A stretch of DNA of 55,196 nucleotides, the filler included, from Sluysia triapertura (taxonomy: Eukaryota), in the NCBI GenBank assembly GCA_046118255.1. It is 4 parts of 4 records of this genome, joined end to end, with 100 filler letters (N's around TTAATTAATTAA, not from the genome) between each part and the next. Parts side by side here need not be neighbours in the genome. Positions count along the whole stretch, not along the records: positions 29,970 to 42,429 come from JBJNIA010106761.1; positions 42,530 to 55,196 come from JBJNIA010091345.1; 2 more parts are not named here. One strand, written 5' to 3'. The translations under genes and the position numbers were made by a program. This document shows, one piece after another, positions 34,055-48,540 of this stretch. The notes beneath the pieces are model-generated. The model was not told where the DNA came from, did not search any database, and saw nothing but the letters and a program-made list of their open reading frames with translations. Position 1 is the stretch's first letter, and each line of letters starts with the position of its first letter.

Positions 34055-37000
34055 ACCTTCAGAAATATTTTGTTAGTAAGGTTAAAACCTTCGCATAATT
34101 AATAATTGTCAGCCTACAATATACGGTTTAAACGTAAGGTACCTTTAGGAACAGAAATTAAAAATTCTCAAATAATATGTTTCTTTCTATATATTTAAAT
34201 CTACTTCTTAGATAAATTTTAATTTACTCGAAGAATCCCTAACTTTTATAATCAATTCGATTAAATCTTGACCCCTAAAACTTTATTTAAAAATCTAATA
34301 TGTTACTAATACGTTACTTAAATTGCCTGACCTATTGTAATAGTCTAAATTATATTAATTCACAAGTATTATTGAACAATTTTGCATAGATCCTCTTAAA
34401 CCTTAAATTGCTGATAAAATTTCTTAAATTTTTTTAAATCTAACTACTCTTAATTAAGATCTACATCTTCTTTTATTATTTACTTTATGAATTCACTAAT
34501 GATTTAAATATAACGTTAGGATAATTATATATTCTATCGTCTTTTAATTACCTTTGTTATTTATAAATATTCTTCTGTACAAATAATTGTTCTTTTAAGT
34601 TTATCAAGTAAAATAAATTAAGACAAATTCGAAGTTATATTACAAAAAGGTGCTTAAAATAAAATACAAACGTTATTGACACAAATATAAAAACCAAAAA
34701 TGATAATTAATTATGACTAGAATTACTTTAGCAAATGTTTAGAGTTTAAAAATGAAATTATATTTAGCCTAAGCTAAATATTTATTAAAAGATTTTAAGT
34801 AACATTTTGTCTATCCTAATAGAAAGAATAACCTAATAATGATCAACTTACGGATAATTTAAATCAAATTAAATGAGACTGATTGATAGTCGCTGGTGCC
34901 GATAATTTACATCAATTATTAATCACGAAATTGAATCACGCAGGAACAACAGCAATATAGCTGACTCACGCAGAAGCAACGATAAACTTTAAATGATACC
35001 ACACTAAATTTAATCAAACAGTAGCAACAGTAAACTTTTGGAATCGAAACGAGTAATTAATACTTCTAACCAAATACAGAAATCAAAGCTTTTTATATTA
35101 TACGTCAGTAAAATTGATGAATCATAATTATTTATTCTCAGGAGAATCCAGTCAAATGAGGTTAATTATTATATTTATTATGACTAATCTTTATTATTAC
35201 TTATTTTCATTTAGGTGAGGTCACCTGAGGTAAGTTTAATGTAGTATTATTATTATTGTTATTATTTCTTAATTTGTAAAATTAAAATAAAAAAATTCTA
35301 AAATTAAAATTAAAGTTAATAAAATAACGGCTAATTTAATTTATAAATTAGTTGTTTATTTTTAGTTACTTGTTCGATAAATTAACTAAAAATAAAAATT
35401 AATTTGAAACGTACTATATGACTTCTTATAAAATCCAAAAAGCCTAATAGGACGTCCTTGCAGCGATAAAGTGTCCTTATTATGTGAACTTGACCTCTAG
35501 TTTATTTTGTAATTGTAACTTGATAAAAAACCTTGAGCAATTATTGCTATTATTGTCTTTATTGATGTCATTATTTTTATTATAAAATGTTAAATAATAT
35601 AAGTGAAAAATTTTGCAGTGCAATGAATTCATAGATGATGAATGATTTAATTGTACATAAATTAGAAAGGCTGCGATTTAAACAATTCCATACATTAAAC
35701 CATTATTAGATCAATTACACAGAGCTGAATAACAGAATGTAGAAGCGCTTAAATCTATTGATTATATTAATAAAAATTTAAAGAAATTGAATTCTTTGTT
35801 GATAAAACAATGAAGTGTAAAACTCCATCAGTTAGTTCATTAGAAAAGGCAAGTGCAATAGTTATTTGTGATCAAAACTCAGATGATTATGCAAGATTGA
35901 CAAAGAATTCATCGAGTATAGAACCATGTAAACCACTTGTGTCACAAGCAAGATCAGAAAGAAAATTGTACTAAAACTTTAAAGGGAATAGTAAATAGTA
36001 AATAACAAGAAACGGAATATTTTTAGTCGAGATAAAGCTTCGTGTTTAACTTCAAATGACTTTGTTGGGATTGGTGAAGAATAATGGTAAATGTAAGGGT
36101 CAAAACTAATTATAACAGAATAGAGTCAACATTATTAAAGATTAAGATGAAGCATTATGATGAACTGCAATAGTAAGATAAGCATATAAACTATTTAAAT
36201 CGAAATAAAATAATGAGAGATACGGAAAACAACCATGTAAAAGGTTTTATTTGTTAAAATACTAAAGTACATTTGTTAATTAACTTAATTAAAATTTATT
36301 TAATTTAATATCTCGTTAGAAATGTTTGCTCATGCTACAGTGATCTTAAATTTAGTGTATAATGTTGAATTTTATTATTGGTTTTAATGATGATGTATTG
36401 CGAAGCACATCAACGTAGATATAGTAAAAGTTATTTATTTTAATTAATTTTGTAATTTAAAATTAAAGATAATATATGTTCAAATGTCGAAATATTGATA
36501 AAGTATATGTTTGATCGCCAGGATCGCTAGCTGATATTTTCAAACAATGGTTGTTCATTTATTTTGTGTTCAAAATTACATTATTTATTTTAGCAATATT
36601 TTGTTAATTTTACTTATTATATTTATTCACACTGATACAAATTTATTTATTATTTTATTATTAACAATTATATTTTATTTTATTATTAATAATTTTTAAA
36701 TATTATTTTTATTATACAAATTAAATTAATAAATATTACAAGCCAAAATCAATTTCAAAAATTATAAGAAATTTTAAAAATATTTGTTTGAATAAATCAA
36801 TTAGTAAGATTTAACTAATATCACGTAGGCAAATATGGAGAATAAAAAAGACATAAATACAGTAGAAATCGATCTAATTGACACAAGAACAATAACTACG
36901 GCAACAAAAATCAATGATTACGGCGTAACATTTTTAAAGAAAATAATATTCTTCAGCAAGAAAATATTACTTTTCAATCCACGCAGAATTAATATTCCTT

Positions 37001-37080
37001 TTAAGTTTAAATTAAACCCTAATCGTAATAAAATAGGGTATTTAAAATCACTACGTCAAATCATTATATTTAATCCTAGA

Positions 37081-37490
37081 CCGTAACTGGCTAGGTCAAA
37101 ATCTTTATAAAATCGAATTTTCCTCGGCTAAGTCGATTAAATAACTATTTATATTATATCAGTTTTATTACTTTCTTGCAATACTATTTGCTATGTATTG
37201 TGTTTAATAAAAGTATTATTCATCGAATTTTCTAATATTTTTCTAAAATTTTCTAATTTTTTAAAATATTTCATATTTGGCCAGACCGTAAAAAGGCTGA
37301 TTCAACGCTTAAACTATTACATATTTTGTCAGACCGTAACAAGGCCACTCATATAGTCGTAACCCATATATTTTGACAACGTTAGTTTTTGGTATAACAT
37401 ACCTAAGTAAGTGAAGTGACTCTCTTTCTTCTCCAAATCTAATTAGGACGTTTTCGTTCAGATTCAAAGCGTGCCTAATTAGTCCAGCTG
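37081..37490 (+). repeat. ~430-bp direct repeat, copy 2
   Basis: As copy 1, with small indels. Confidence 0.9.
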
Positions 37491-37760
37491 TAAATATTGA
37501 TTGGTGTGATGTAAATATTAAATTAATAGAAGCATTTTGGAATAATTAATGTAAATATTAAATGTTTAATAAATATTAATAGATATAAATGTTAAATGTT
37601 TAATAAATATTTCATTAATTAAATACAATATTTAATCTTTCAATCTTTCAATTGCTTTGGTAAAATTTATACAATAGTTTTATTTTTATTGTTTTAGTCA
37701 AGTGCTTTCTCGTTGTTGTTCATATTTCGGTAAAAATAAAAGTAAAAAATTGATATATAA

Positions 37761-37955
37761 GAACTGACACAATCAGCTTACTTGACAGACTTCACACGAA
37801 AAACGATTTAGTAATCTCGATTTTACGACTACTGGAAATAATCTCCGATTTTGGAACAATTTACCATTTGGTGAAAATATTCTCCGGATCTATATTCTAT
37901 TATTCCATTGCTCTTTCGAAAATTTTATGACTGATTAAGCTGGTTGTGTTAAGTT
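37761..37955. mobile_element. Small inverted-repeat-bounded element (MITE-like)
   Basis: ACTGACACAATCAGCTTA ... TAAGCTGGTTGTGTTAAGT form an imperfect inverted repeat. Confidence 0.4.
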
Positions 37956-38389
37956 TTTTTGCATAAATATTTTGCAATAAAATACACGTAAAATACTTTA
38001 TATTTTATACCCAAGCATTCGCCCGGATCAAACTCAGTACTAAAATATTATTTTATTTTTTGAAACACGGAAATAATTTTCCTGTAATTATATTGTTATA
38101 TTTTATTTGTGCGTCTCTTCATATTTGTTATAATTGTAATTAATAAAACATTTTTGTTTAACCGAGTTGTGTGGAGGGCAATAAATATTCGAATTTAAAT
38201 TTTTTTAGTAAATAATCTAATAAATAATCGAAGTGGATATTTTTATTTAGTTTTAGTTTTTATGAAAATTATTTACAACATTAATCAAACAAAAACACTT
38301 TAACTTTAATTCAATTATGTGTAACAAAATAGGCGTAAGGTCTATAAAATTTAGGAAATTTTAACATAACAGCAAAATTTGACATTTTA

Positions 38390-39141
38390 TTATTTATAAA
38401 CACTAAAAAAACAAGAAATCAAATAAATAGTTAATAATAATAAAACTAGCTCAATTTCCAATAATTTCAATAAACGATGATGTGATACTACCTTACGTAT
38501 TGTTTTCAATTGTATCATAATTCTTGTAACCATATTTGTATATTCAAAACGCAACATTTTCATGCCATAATGTTCACTACTTTGTATAATTATGTACAAT
38601 AAAATTGATAATTCAATTTGTAAAGATTTGAAAGGAGCAGCCGATTTTTTTGGTAGAATCTCAGAATAACATGTGAAATAGACACTACTACACAAGCATA
38701 TCAGAAACATTCCCCATTTTCTTTGTGGATGACAAATATTTGAAATCAGTAAATCACTACAAAGTATTAATATGACAATAGTTTGATTATAAAATAATGA
38801 TAGAAATGACATTAGTTTTAATTCTTCATTTGTCATTAACAAAATTTTATCAAATGTACAAATACTCACAAACATTACTGACACAAACATAGCCAAGGAA
38901 ATAGTACAGAAACTACTGTAGTAAATGAATTACTTCTCGTATATGATCTACCAATCCATACTTGACGAACAATACATCCAAAGATACATTTTTGGAAAAT
39001 AAGATTTAGCAACGTTAAATGTCTAAAGTGATAAATAAAAGAATCATTGGCATTGTTTTGCGTCCAAAAACTGTATAATTTTGCTGAACATGATATGAGG
39101 AACAAAATTAAATACGTAATACGATACACTAAAATGCTCAT
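38390..39141 (-). pseudogene. Orphan multi-hydrophobic-segment ORF split by one frameshift near 38885
   Basis: Overlapping same-strand ORFs 38875-39141 and 38390-38896 have several TM-like stretches. The 22-nt motif follows at 38322-38343. Confidence 0.45.
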
Positions 39142-39422
39142 AATAAAACTAAATTATTTTGCATCAAAGATAATATTATACTAAATTAATCCATTGCCTC
39201 CATATACCAAAAATCGTCCATTGATTTTTTTAAATTAATTATTATTAAATATTATTTTCGTTATTAGTAGTAATATAATAAGTATACTTATTTAGTTTGT
39301 AGTAAATTGTGTTATCAAATTGTAAGTAAATATAATTTCTAGATGTTTTGAATCTCAGTATTTTTATCTATTTTAACAAAGGTGGCAATAAAGCAGTTAT
39401 CAATTTGAGTATTTTTATTAAA

Positions 39423-39892
39423 TCATATTGATTTAGACTGCTGATAATGGTCAACATTGGAATCAACAGATGATACAATGAAAGCATTAGGGTCAGTAAT
39501 ATACAATGAATTGGCAGAACATTCAGTAAGAGAACCAGAAAACGTATTTACAGATAAATGCTGTTGTTCTTGTTGCTGATTGTACAAACCTGATACCTGG
39601 TTATTATTAGAACAATTTGAGATATTTGTATTGTTTACTGAAATAGCTGAAGATGTCGGAGTTTGCAAACTATTTTGGCGAAATGAACTTATAATACTCC
39701 CCGCTGCCTTCTTTCGATCTTTCATACTATGAAACTTTGTAAATTAGCTGATTTTATACTATCATCTGATCTAGTACTGTTACAATTTAAATTCAATTGT
39801 TTCGATAATTAAGAATTCGGTTTCAATGACGATTCTGTTCGATTTACAATTTGTTTAGATTTTTTCCGCTCTTCGTCTTTTTCATGATCCAT
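39423..39892 (-). pseudogene. S/N/Q-rich low-complexity gene fragment
   Basis: ORF 39423-39725 plus an upstream frame MDHEKDEERKKSKQ.. with a stop and a frameshift. Confidence 0.3.
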
Positions 39893-41869
39893 TTTTAACA
39901 AAACTGTTTTCTGATAAATAACCATCATTATAGCACGAATATTGGCATGGCGAGACACCGGGTTATTATCAATATGTAATTCTATTAAGGTTGGTTATTC
40001 TTCTAGACACTGAAAGTCAGACATGTTTTTCGGAAATAAAAGTGCTTCTTTCGTAGCAAATATATTTGAATTAACGGTTGGCTGTAAAGAAGTTTCCTTT
40101 GAGATGAATGGTATGAATCGGGATCAGATATATTGTGTAGTAATGGAAAAATACATTGAAGAAAAACAAAAAAATAGAAAGGCAGATTGATAATAAGGAT
40201 AAAAGAAATAACAATAACATGGTTATTATATTTATTAATACTGAATTGTTGATGTTGAAATTTATTATGAAATTTATTATGAAAAATATTATAAAAGTTA
40301 TTACTTGATAATCATATTATATAACAATAATGACTATAATTATTATATATATTTTAATACGAAGCTGCTTTAGTTCATCAATTGAAACCAAAGTCATTTC
40401 TTTAGCAATTCACTAAAATAATTCATTTTCTTTTCAAAGCAAGGGTTAGTAATACATTTCTTACTGTTTATATTTTCCATTGATGGGGGTGCTAAAGTTT
40501 AAATAAGTTGTGTCACCCCTGGTTATAATTTGTCTTTAAAGAATAATTTACCATTTTATAAAGAATAATCTGTATTGTCATTGTTATAAGAATAATTTGT
40601 ATTGTCATAATTTATATATATTGTAGTTGTAGTTTTGTGATCATATAAGAAATATATCGAGATTTTGAATTTATTTAGTTATTGAGTTTTAATTTAATAA
40701 TTTGGGAAAAAAGTAATAAAGGACACAACACAACATTAATATTTTGAACTTTGGATATTGATATTTTTAGAGTCTGTTACGTCACTCCTGGTTTTATCAT
40801 ATAGACTGTCATATCCTTGATACTGTAGACATTATTGCTAATTCTCTAGTTTTAGTTATTTTATTGTTGTTAATAAAGACTTATAATAATAATTTGTAGT
40901 TTGATTCTTTTGTAATCATTAAATTATTATGTTATTTTGGTTTGATTTCAAAGAGTTTAACTTTTAGGGTGAATAATTATTGATAAGAATATTTTTTTTA
41001 GAAAACTTAAACTTGATTTAGCTAGTACTTAGATAATTAAGATTCTTTTTAAACAAATTAAATTGATATTTATTTTAAATATTTTAATAATTTTCAAATA
41101 TACAATGTAATAACTCATCAAATAAATTCTTATCACAAATCCTTTGATATGATCAAGGATTTTAAAATGTATTCGAATAAATCTTCACCACTCTTACTTT
41201 CCATCTGCAAAATAATTAAACAATATTTAGTTATGAAAATTCAAAAGTGTTCGGCAATATTTTGCTAGGGTGTCTGGATCCCATACAGTTTTATCATGTT
41301 TTGAAATTACGCGATCTTCCGTCGATGCATCAGCGCAGAATCAGACAGATGATAAGTGATGATTTAAAAGTTATAGGTTATATTTTTTAATTTTTAGGGC
41401 AACGTCGCATCGGAAATAAGAAATACAATTTTATGTGTGAAAGAATTTAAAGTTAAATATTTATGTTTTAAAGACATGTCACATTTATCATATTTTTGTG
41501 TGATCAAGTTTTATTTTAAATTCAACTTTGATTTTTAAGTTTTAAGTACAATTTTGATTTTAGTTTTAAAGTTAAATTTTATGATTCCGAGTAATGAAAA
41601 AGGCCTTGAGCCGATTTCTAATGTTTCGCAATTATTAAGCTTGAATAATAAAAGGACCTTAAGTCCACGTTCAATAGTCTCGTTTCTCATAATGGAATTT
41701 TAAAAGATAGAAAGTCTAATTTTTGTAATTTGTAAAGATGAGGCAATTATACGCCAAAATATAACCAGATCATTTCACCTTTTTTAAATATTTCATAATC
41801 TTCCACTAATTTGACATTCTCTGGTAAGTGGTTGTATATTTTGAAACATAAATGGTATACAACATATAA

Positions 41870-41941
41870 CCTAAAGTGTCATTTGGTAAAATTGACTATA
41901 ATAAAATAAATTTGTTAGAAGGGACTGATAGCTCAATGGTA
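41870..41941 (+). mobile_element. tRNA-containing repeat, copy 4 (truncated)
   Basis: CCTAAAGTGTCAT..AATTGACTATAATAAAATAAATTTGTTAG..GGACTGATAGCTCAATGGTA. Confidence 0.7.
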
Positions 41942-42429
41942 TATTCATCTTGATTATATACTGTACTGAGTTTTTATCTTTTTAATATTACTTAAATTAA
42001 CAATGATAATTATAAAATACAATTAAATGAGACTGAATCTCAATATATTATATTTACATGACAATATATATTACATTAAAAATCAAATAATAGTTAACGC
42101 AATATAACTCAGCCTTTTTAAGACAACTAATTATATTTTTTTACAAATCAATCTCAAAATAATTCAATATAATATTCATCAATTATAATATTCAATCTCA
42201 GTGCATACATAAGCAAAATACAATAAATAAACAATAAAAGCTCAAGACTCAACTAACTACAAATAAGTTGGCTTAAAGATAAAATTTTAGTCAGATTTCA
42301 AAAAATTCTGTAAGATTCAATCAATCTTTGTTACTACTGTATTTGTTGCGTCTTAAAAATTGTTAAATATTAAAACTCAATCTTATTGTCTTGATCAGTT
42401 TAAACCGTAATCTTCTTTTATAACTATAT

Positions 42430-42529
42430 NNNNNNNNNNNNNNNNNNNNNNNNNNNNNNNNNNNNNNNNNNNNTTAATTAATTAANNNNNNNNNNNNNNN
42501 NNNNNNNNNNNNNNNNNNNNNNNNNNNNN
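42430..42529. other. Artificial contig linker
   Basis: 44 N + TTAATTAATTAA + 44 N. Confidence 0.98.
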
Positions 42530-44499
42530 GAATTCGTATAATTAATAAAGCAATTAAAAATTAATCTAAATTCAATCTCTTTGTATTTTTGAAAATGTTA
42601 ATTCTATAATTCTGAAAATATACTTCTAAAAATAATTTAATTATAATTATAATTAATACTAATGCTTAATTACCAGTGATAATTTTTGATAATTATTTTT
42701 TGTTTTTCTATAAACTTTCCAATGTCAATATTCGAAATAAATTATTAGTGTGGTGTTAGAATATAAGTACACTACTTAAAATCGATTTGTATTAGTCCAA
42801 AAAGATGGATATTAAGCTATTTAATATTTAATATTCACATTTAATTATTTTCAGATGTATTACTTTACGTAAAATAAACACAATAAATTTTCCTACATAA
42901 AATTTCATTTTACTAATGAAATTTTTTGAAACATTGGTTTCCAATTATGTCGTAAAAATGTATAATTTAAAATTGTTATTGTTATAAATTGAAACGTTTT
43001 TGTTTAAATATTACTGTTTCATCTAAAAAATTGAATTTGTATAGATATTGAAAATTTAAAATTCAGGCGAAACAAAGACAGTTAATTCAAATATTTGTAG
43101 CATGAGCGGAGTTCAGATTCTAAAGATATTAACAGAATTGATGATGCAACATCAAAACATCATTTACTATTCAATAGCCGAGCTGATATTTGATTTAATA
43201 AAATTAAAAATGATACAAAGAGTTCAATTTTAATAACTTTGACGAATATAAGAAACTTCTGCCCAAAATGAAATATTTAATTATTTTCAATAAGTAAAAT
43301 ATAATGATAAATATAAACATAAAGATGTGAATATTTAAATACTAAAGTCATTACAAATTGATAACCAAATTAATGCTTTAAATTAGAGTTTCCTGTTATT
43401 TTTCAATGTGAAAAAGTTAAGTTATTAACTCTACCAAAAATAAATTGATTAATAAACTTAGTTTACAAGAAACTCCAAATTTGGATAAATCATCAAGAAG
43501 GTTGGAAAAGTTTAACAAAATAAAAATGGCAATATTAAGGATACATTCAAATTTTTTGACTGTAATCTATTGAATACAGTTACTCCGAGATTGGAAGTAA
43601 TATTCGACACATAATATTCTTTTGTGATTACATTATTAGCTATATTTGGAATAAAAGCAATCTATAACCAACTTAACAAAGAAAATTTTTCTTCATTATA
43701 TACGGAAAACTGTTCCGAATGAAGAACTAACAGAATAAATATTAAATATATATACCACGAATGAAATTTAATTACGACCTTAGTTAAAGGATCTCTTGTA
43801 ATGTGAACACCACAACAACCCGTCAATAGGCGAAATTTCAAATATTTTAAAACCATTTAAGATATTATCGAATAACTGCAGAGACGTATGTGGGATCGGT
43901 TACCAAAGTTTAAATTTAGGAAATAAATTAAGAATAAAAAATAATGAGAACAATTTGTATTAAAAACGCAGGTAACGTAGTGTTAGATGGAACTTGTGAA
44001 AGATGATCTATGTCACCGAAACATGTATTAATTTTAAAATCGTTTAACGAAAGTTTTGATATATAAAAATGTATCATGATGTCTCGCTCATCTTGCAGAA
44101 TTCGCCTAATTAATCGTGACACTAGTGAATCTGCGGTGGTTGAAATTATATAAGTTCAAGTCTTCTGATATTTCGAAAACAAATCAAATTTAATTTAATA
44201 TCAGAATGACCTGTGGAATAAACCCATAGAACACAAATAAACACCAATTCATTATAAAGAAATAGGTAGAATAAAATAGAAATCCCTACAATTTTCATAG
44301 CTAATAGAGAGAGAAATTAATTTTTATATCTAAAAAACTAAAAGTTAGATATGACGAAGATGGCCTTGTAGAAAATTTGTGTTCTTGATTCTTTTAGCAT
44401 TTTACTTTCATTCCTACTATTAAATCTGATTACTTTTTTTAAAAATTAATCTAAGTTTTATAATTGACTCTAAAACCGGTTTAAACCCGTGCAGCTAAG

Positions 44500-46300
44500 A
44501 TGTAATCGAATTAGAGTTAAAAATCAATTTAACAATTATAAATTAACTAAACAATAACAAGAATAAATTACATATTTGTAATAACTATAGCCATAAAAAT
44601 TTAGGATCTATTTCAAATAGGTATAAAATAAACCGAAACTCAACGGTCTTATAATTCACGTTTTTCTTGTTTTAGTATGTAATAAATACCTTGTATCAAA
44701 AATTGATATTAGTGTTGTTAAAGAGCTTAATAAATATGTAGTTATAATAATTTTCACAGGCATTTCAATTTATATCGTGGATTTTAATGAAAATTGTTGC
44801 TACCATTAGTAGTATACTGACTAGATATAATAAATTACATTTTATATATACTTAACTAAACGAACATATCAAAAATGGTATCGGTTCGTTTTTACCATAT
44901 GCTTAAAACCAGGATACAAGGATGGAAGCATGTCTGCCAAGCGTGTGATGAAAGAAAATATCATTGATGAACAATAAACCATGTAATTTAACATAAACAA
45001 AATGGTGTCATTTAAAAAACTTCTGAAACTAAAACCAATAAAAAAAGCTTAAGATTGTAACCAGATTAATACTTAAAACCTGGGCATAGATATTACTCAA
45101 ATATTATGGTTTCTAAATATAGATGTGATGATAATTTATGGATATCGTTACCAGATAGAAGTCAAACTAAAACTTCTGAAGTTATAGATTTAACAAATTT
45201 AAAAATAAAATTACAATATTTAGCTAAAATTTCACAATAATGATAACATTCAAGCAGCTTGGTAAGAAATAATATTTCAAATCTAAAGGTCAAATGTTTT
45301 GACTGATGTAGTAAACAAATCAATTGTAAAGAAATATGGAGAAATAAATTTAGGATCCGGTCACTCTAAAATAGCAACCAAAAAACAAAATATCAGTTTT
45401 AGGGCAAGCTTTTCCATTATTAAGTGAAGCACTTATTATTATTATTAAAGTTATAGCACTAACTATTTCACAAATATTTTCAGGATTTACATAGAAACTA
45501 ATAAATGGTTGTTTTCCATTTTTATCATAATTCAAACTGACAAATAAATACACTTAAGAAAGAAATTCAATAGTCAGAAAATTTATTACCTCAAACAATA
45601 AATAACGGAAATAACGAGGATAAATAATACTAGGGTATTTGATTAAACGTGATAGAAGAAATACTATTAGAATAATTAATTATACCGATGAAAATAAATA
45701 GTTAATTGTTGTCACTAAATTAAGAAAAGTTGTTAATTATAAAGTTTAATTTCACATTAAAGATAATAAATCTTCTAATTCTGATATAAAATTATAACGA
45801 AATACAAATGCAAAGAATGACGAAGATTATGAAGATATACAAATCACAAATAAAAATCTCACTAGACAAGAGAAAGACAAAGAAGCTAAACAATAGTTAT
45901 TGCTGAAAATGATAAGAATAAGGCAACATTACATGAATACGAAAAAAATACCATTTGGCTAAATAGCAGCCCGGCAACATTTCTACACTGCGTGGATTTT
46001 ACTGTTTCAGCATTTAAGAAGGTTATGTTATATATTGATATTATTTTTCGATAATAATTAATAATCTTTTAAGTTGATTATTAGTTTCTCAATTGAAAAT
46101 AAATCCTGCTAATGAGTTTGGGACATATATTATCAAAAAATACTGTTAAAAGTCATTCTTAAAATATCGAAAAAGTAGTTAAATTTCTTCTAACTGATAA
46201 TGTTAAAAAGTTCAACGTTTTCTAGATCTCACTAATTATTAATGTAGATTAGTTAGAAACTTTGCTAAAATAATACGCTAATTAAACTTTATCTGAAATA
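44500..46300 (+). mobile_element. Highly decayed LTR-retrotransposon pol relic (RT, possibly integrase); boundaries uncertain
   Basis: Ordered motif remnants across frames: SYNSRF (~44647), KELNKYV (~44720), LPY-LK (~44892), LNIDVMIIYG for YxDD (~45113), ILG (~45347) and TDN (~46195). Confidence 0.4.
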
Positions 46301-46680
46301 ATTGTAACATGATCCAATAAACATGGATAATAAACAAAGGATGTTTTAATTTATGAATTCTTTGTAAATAAATCAATTTGTCTTCTTTCATCTCTTTTAA
46401 ATATTTTAATAAAGCTTTTGTGAATGTTTTATCTTTGATAAACGTTGATCAAAACATTTTAAATATCACAATTGCTTATGGAAATTCACCGAAAATTTCC
46501 TTTAGTTGCTAAGAGAAAATAAAGAATAAAATGATTTATAAAGATCAAATTCTAAATAGTATATACCCATTTAAACATTTTAATGGACCAAATTCTTTCA
46601 TAAATATGGCATGATTATTCAAAATTTTCACACTCTTCATTACTCTATTACACGCTTATAATTTACTTTATACAATAACT

Positions 46681-46760
46681 TTATTTATTATTTATTATTT
46701 ATTATTTATTATTTATTATTTATTATTTATTATTTATTATTTATTATTTATTATTTATTT
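46681..46760. repeat. (TTATTTA)n heptamer tandem repeat
   Basis: About 11 units. Confidence 0.9.
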
Positions 46761-47766
46761 CTACATTATTTAAATAGTTACAGTGTGTTACTTTCTTTAA
46801 AATGCGTGTGTTGAAGCGTCATGAAGTTTAATCTTGCCTTCTTTTAAAAACATTTTTATTGTTGATTGATTTTCATCGAAATAGAAGCAAATACATGTAA
46901 AAGGCTTGAGATGTAAGAGCTATTACATAATGGTTGGTGTAATTGAGAATACTTATGATGTTGCCTCATCACAAAGTATTTATTGCCAATGTTTGCTTAA
47001 ATATGTGTTCTGTAAATAAATAAAACCATAAAGCAAAAATAATAATTATATACTTTGCACATAACTTTATTCATTTAATTAAAATTTGTAAAACATTTAT
47101 TTATATAATTTAATAAATAATTTTTTAAAATTTAAAAATTATGTGACTACATTGTATGTAATATTAATATTAAAATGTACTTATACAAAACTGAACAGAA
47201 GTACATTTAAATAATACTTATACAAATATTATTTATAACAGAAGTCTTATTAAAGTATAAATAAATTTGAAATGCTAACATTTATGTTAATGAAAATCAA
47301 AACAAAACAGCGAATAAAACAAAACAAATAACTAATATAAAATTAATTAATTTTACATTTATTTAAATTAAGAATGCATATTCATGTCAAGAAATGAATT
47401 TAAATGCACTTTAACTTAAAACAGCTAAATAATTGAATATTTATAAGTTATACATACTATAATAATAAAAAAAACAATAAAATTGTTTATTTCCACAAAA
47501 TGCGAATAAATATATTATATTAATATAACTTTTAAGAATTTGCGCAACTGCTGTAGTCGCATTTAATAACATAAAAACATATTTTTGTAAAACTTCTTAC
47601 TCGAGTTCTTTTCCTTTATGACGGTTTCTTTGATTACGTTGAAGGTTTTATTTTGATCTCTAATATTAGAAGAAATATTATTGTTGTTACAGTTATTGTC
47701 ATTCTTAGCGTTAGGGAGATAGTTGTTATTGATAATTTGTGGTTTAATAGTTATCTTATTATTAAT

Positions 47767-47770
47767 GTTA

Positions 47771-47835
<65 letters not shown>

Positions 47836-47836
47836 G
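47767..47836. repeat. (ATT)n microsatellite
   Basis: Direct inspection. It explains the poly-Ile ORF 47653-47883. Confidence 0.95.
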
Positions 47837-48266
47837 TAAGATATAATTTGAATTTTTTCGGCTCTGCAGCACGTGTTATTTAATTTCCAAAAAGATCTTT
47901 TTGTAGGCGTCGGTTAAAAACATTTCTTTGTTGATATTACATATATTAAGTGATTTATTTCTCTGCACATTTTTTAAAAAATGATTGTTCTTAGTAAATG
48001 TTTATTCAATTATATCAAGTTACTTCAGTTCGTATTTTTATTCTTGGTACGATTCAGTTTTATTTGTATGGGTGTAGAACGACAATTACTTAGATCCGGA
48101 TCTGTGGCTATCATCACTCTAATAAAGTCACTGGACCGCAAAGAGTTAAATGACTTTGCATATTTATATAACATATACTTTCTTTCTTTGCTTATACTTT
48201 ACAGAAACAAAATTATAAATTAGACCTGCTGTTAATGATGTCTTTGTAGTTAATTATGTATTTCAG

Positions 48267-48540
48267 ATCTCGTGAACGTACAGTGAAAATTCCAAGTTCC
48301 TGTGGAGGTGGTTCGTGTTCTCCATTCGTACGAGAAATAACAGAGTGTGTTAAGAATGTTAAAGAAAATTGTACAGTTTCTGCTTGGTCATCTTGGACAT
48401 TATGTTCCAATGGTTGTGGAGCAGGAATACAAACTTCGTCTAGGTATAAAGTGACAGATGAAAGTTGCGGAGGAGCTTGCAGTTATAATTTCACAAAAAG
48501 TCAAGTTTGCGAATCATATCGAAATAATGTCGATTGTCAA
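48267..48540 (+). CDS. Internal exon of an extracellular TSP1/EGF/sushi protein (thrombospondin type-1 repeats)
   Basis: TTTCAG acceptor and GTTAGA donor. Encodes SRERTV..CGGGSC..CTVSAWSSWTLCSNGCGAGIQTSSR..SCGGAC..VDCQ. Confidence 0.9.

Noticed and set aside
38000-38030. Helitron-3'-like TACCCAAGCATTCGCCCGG
   Set aside because: Hairpin imperfect and no CTRR terminus.
48133-48150. GGACCGCAAA..GTTAA ends at ~48135-48150 and ~49475-49491 (piggyBac-like)
   Set aside because: No matching opposite termini identified, so no element could be delimited.
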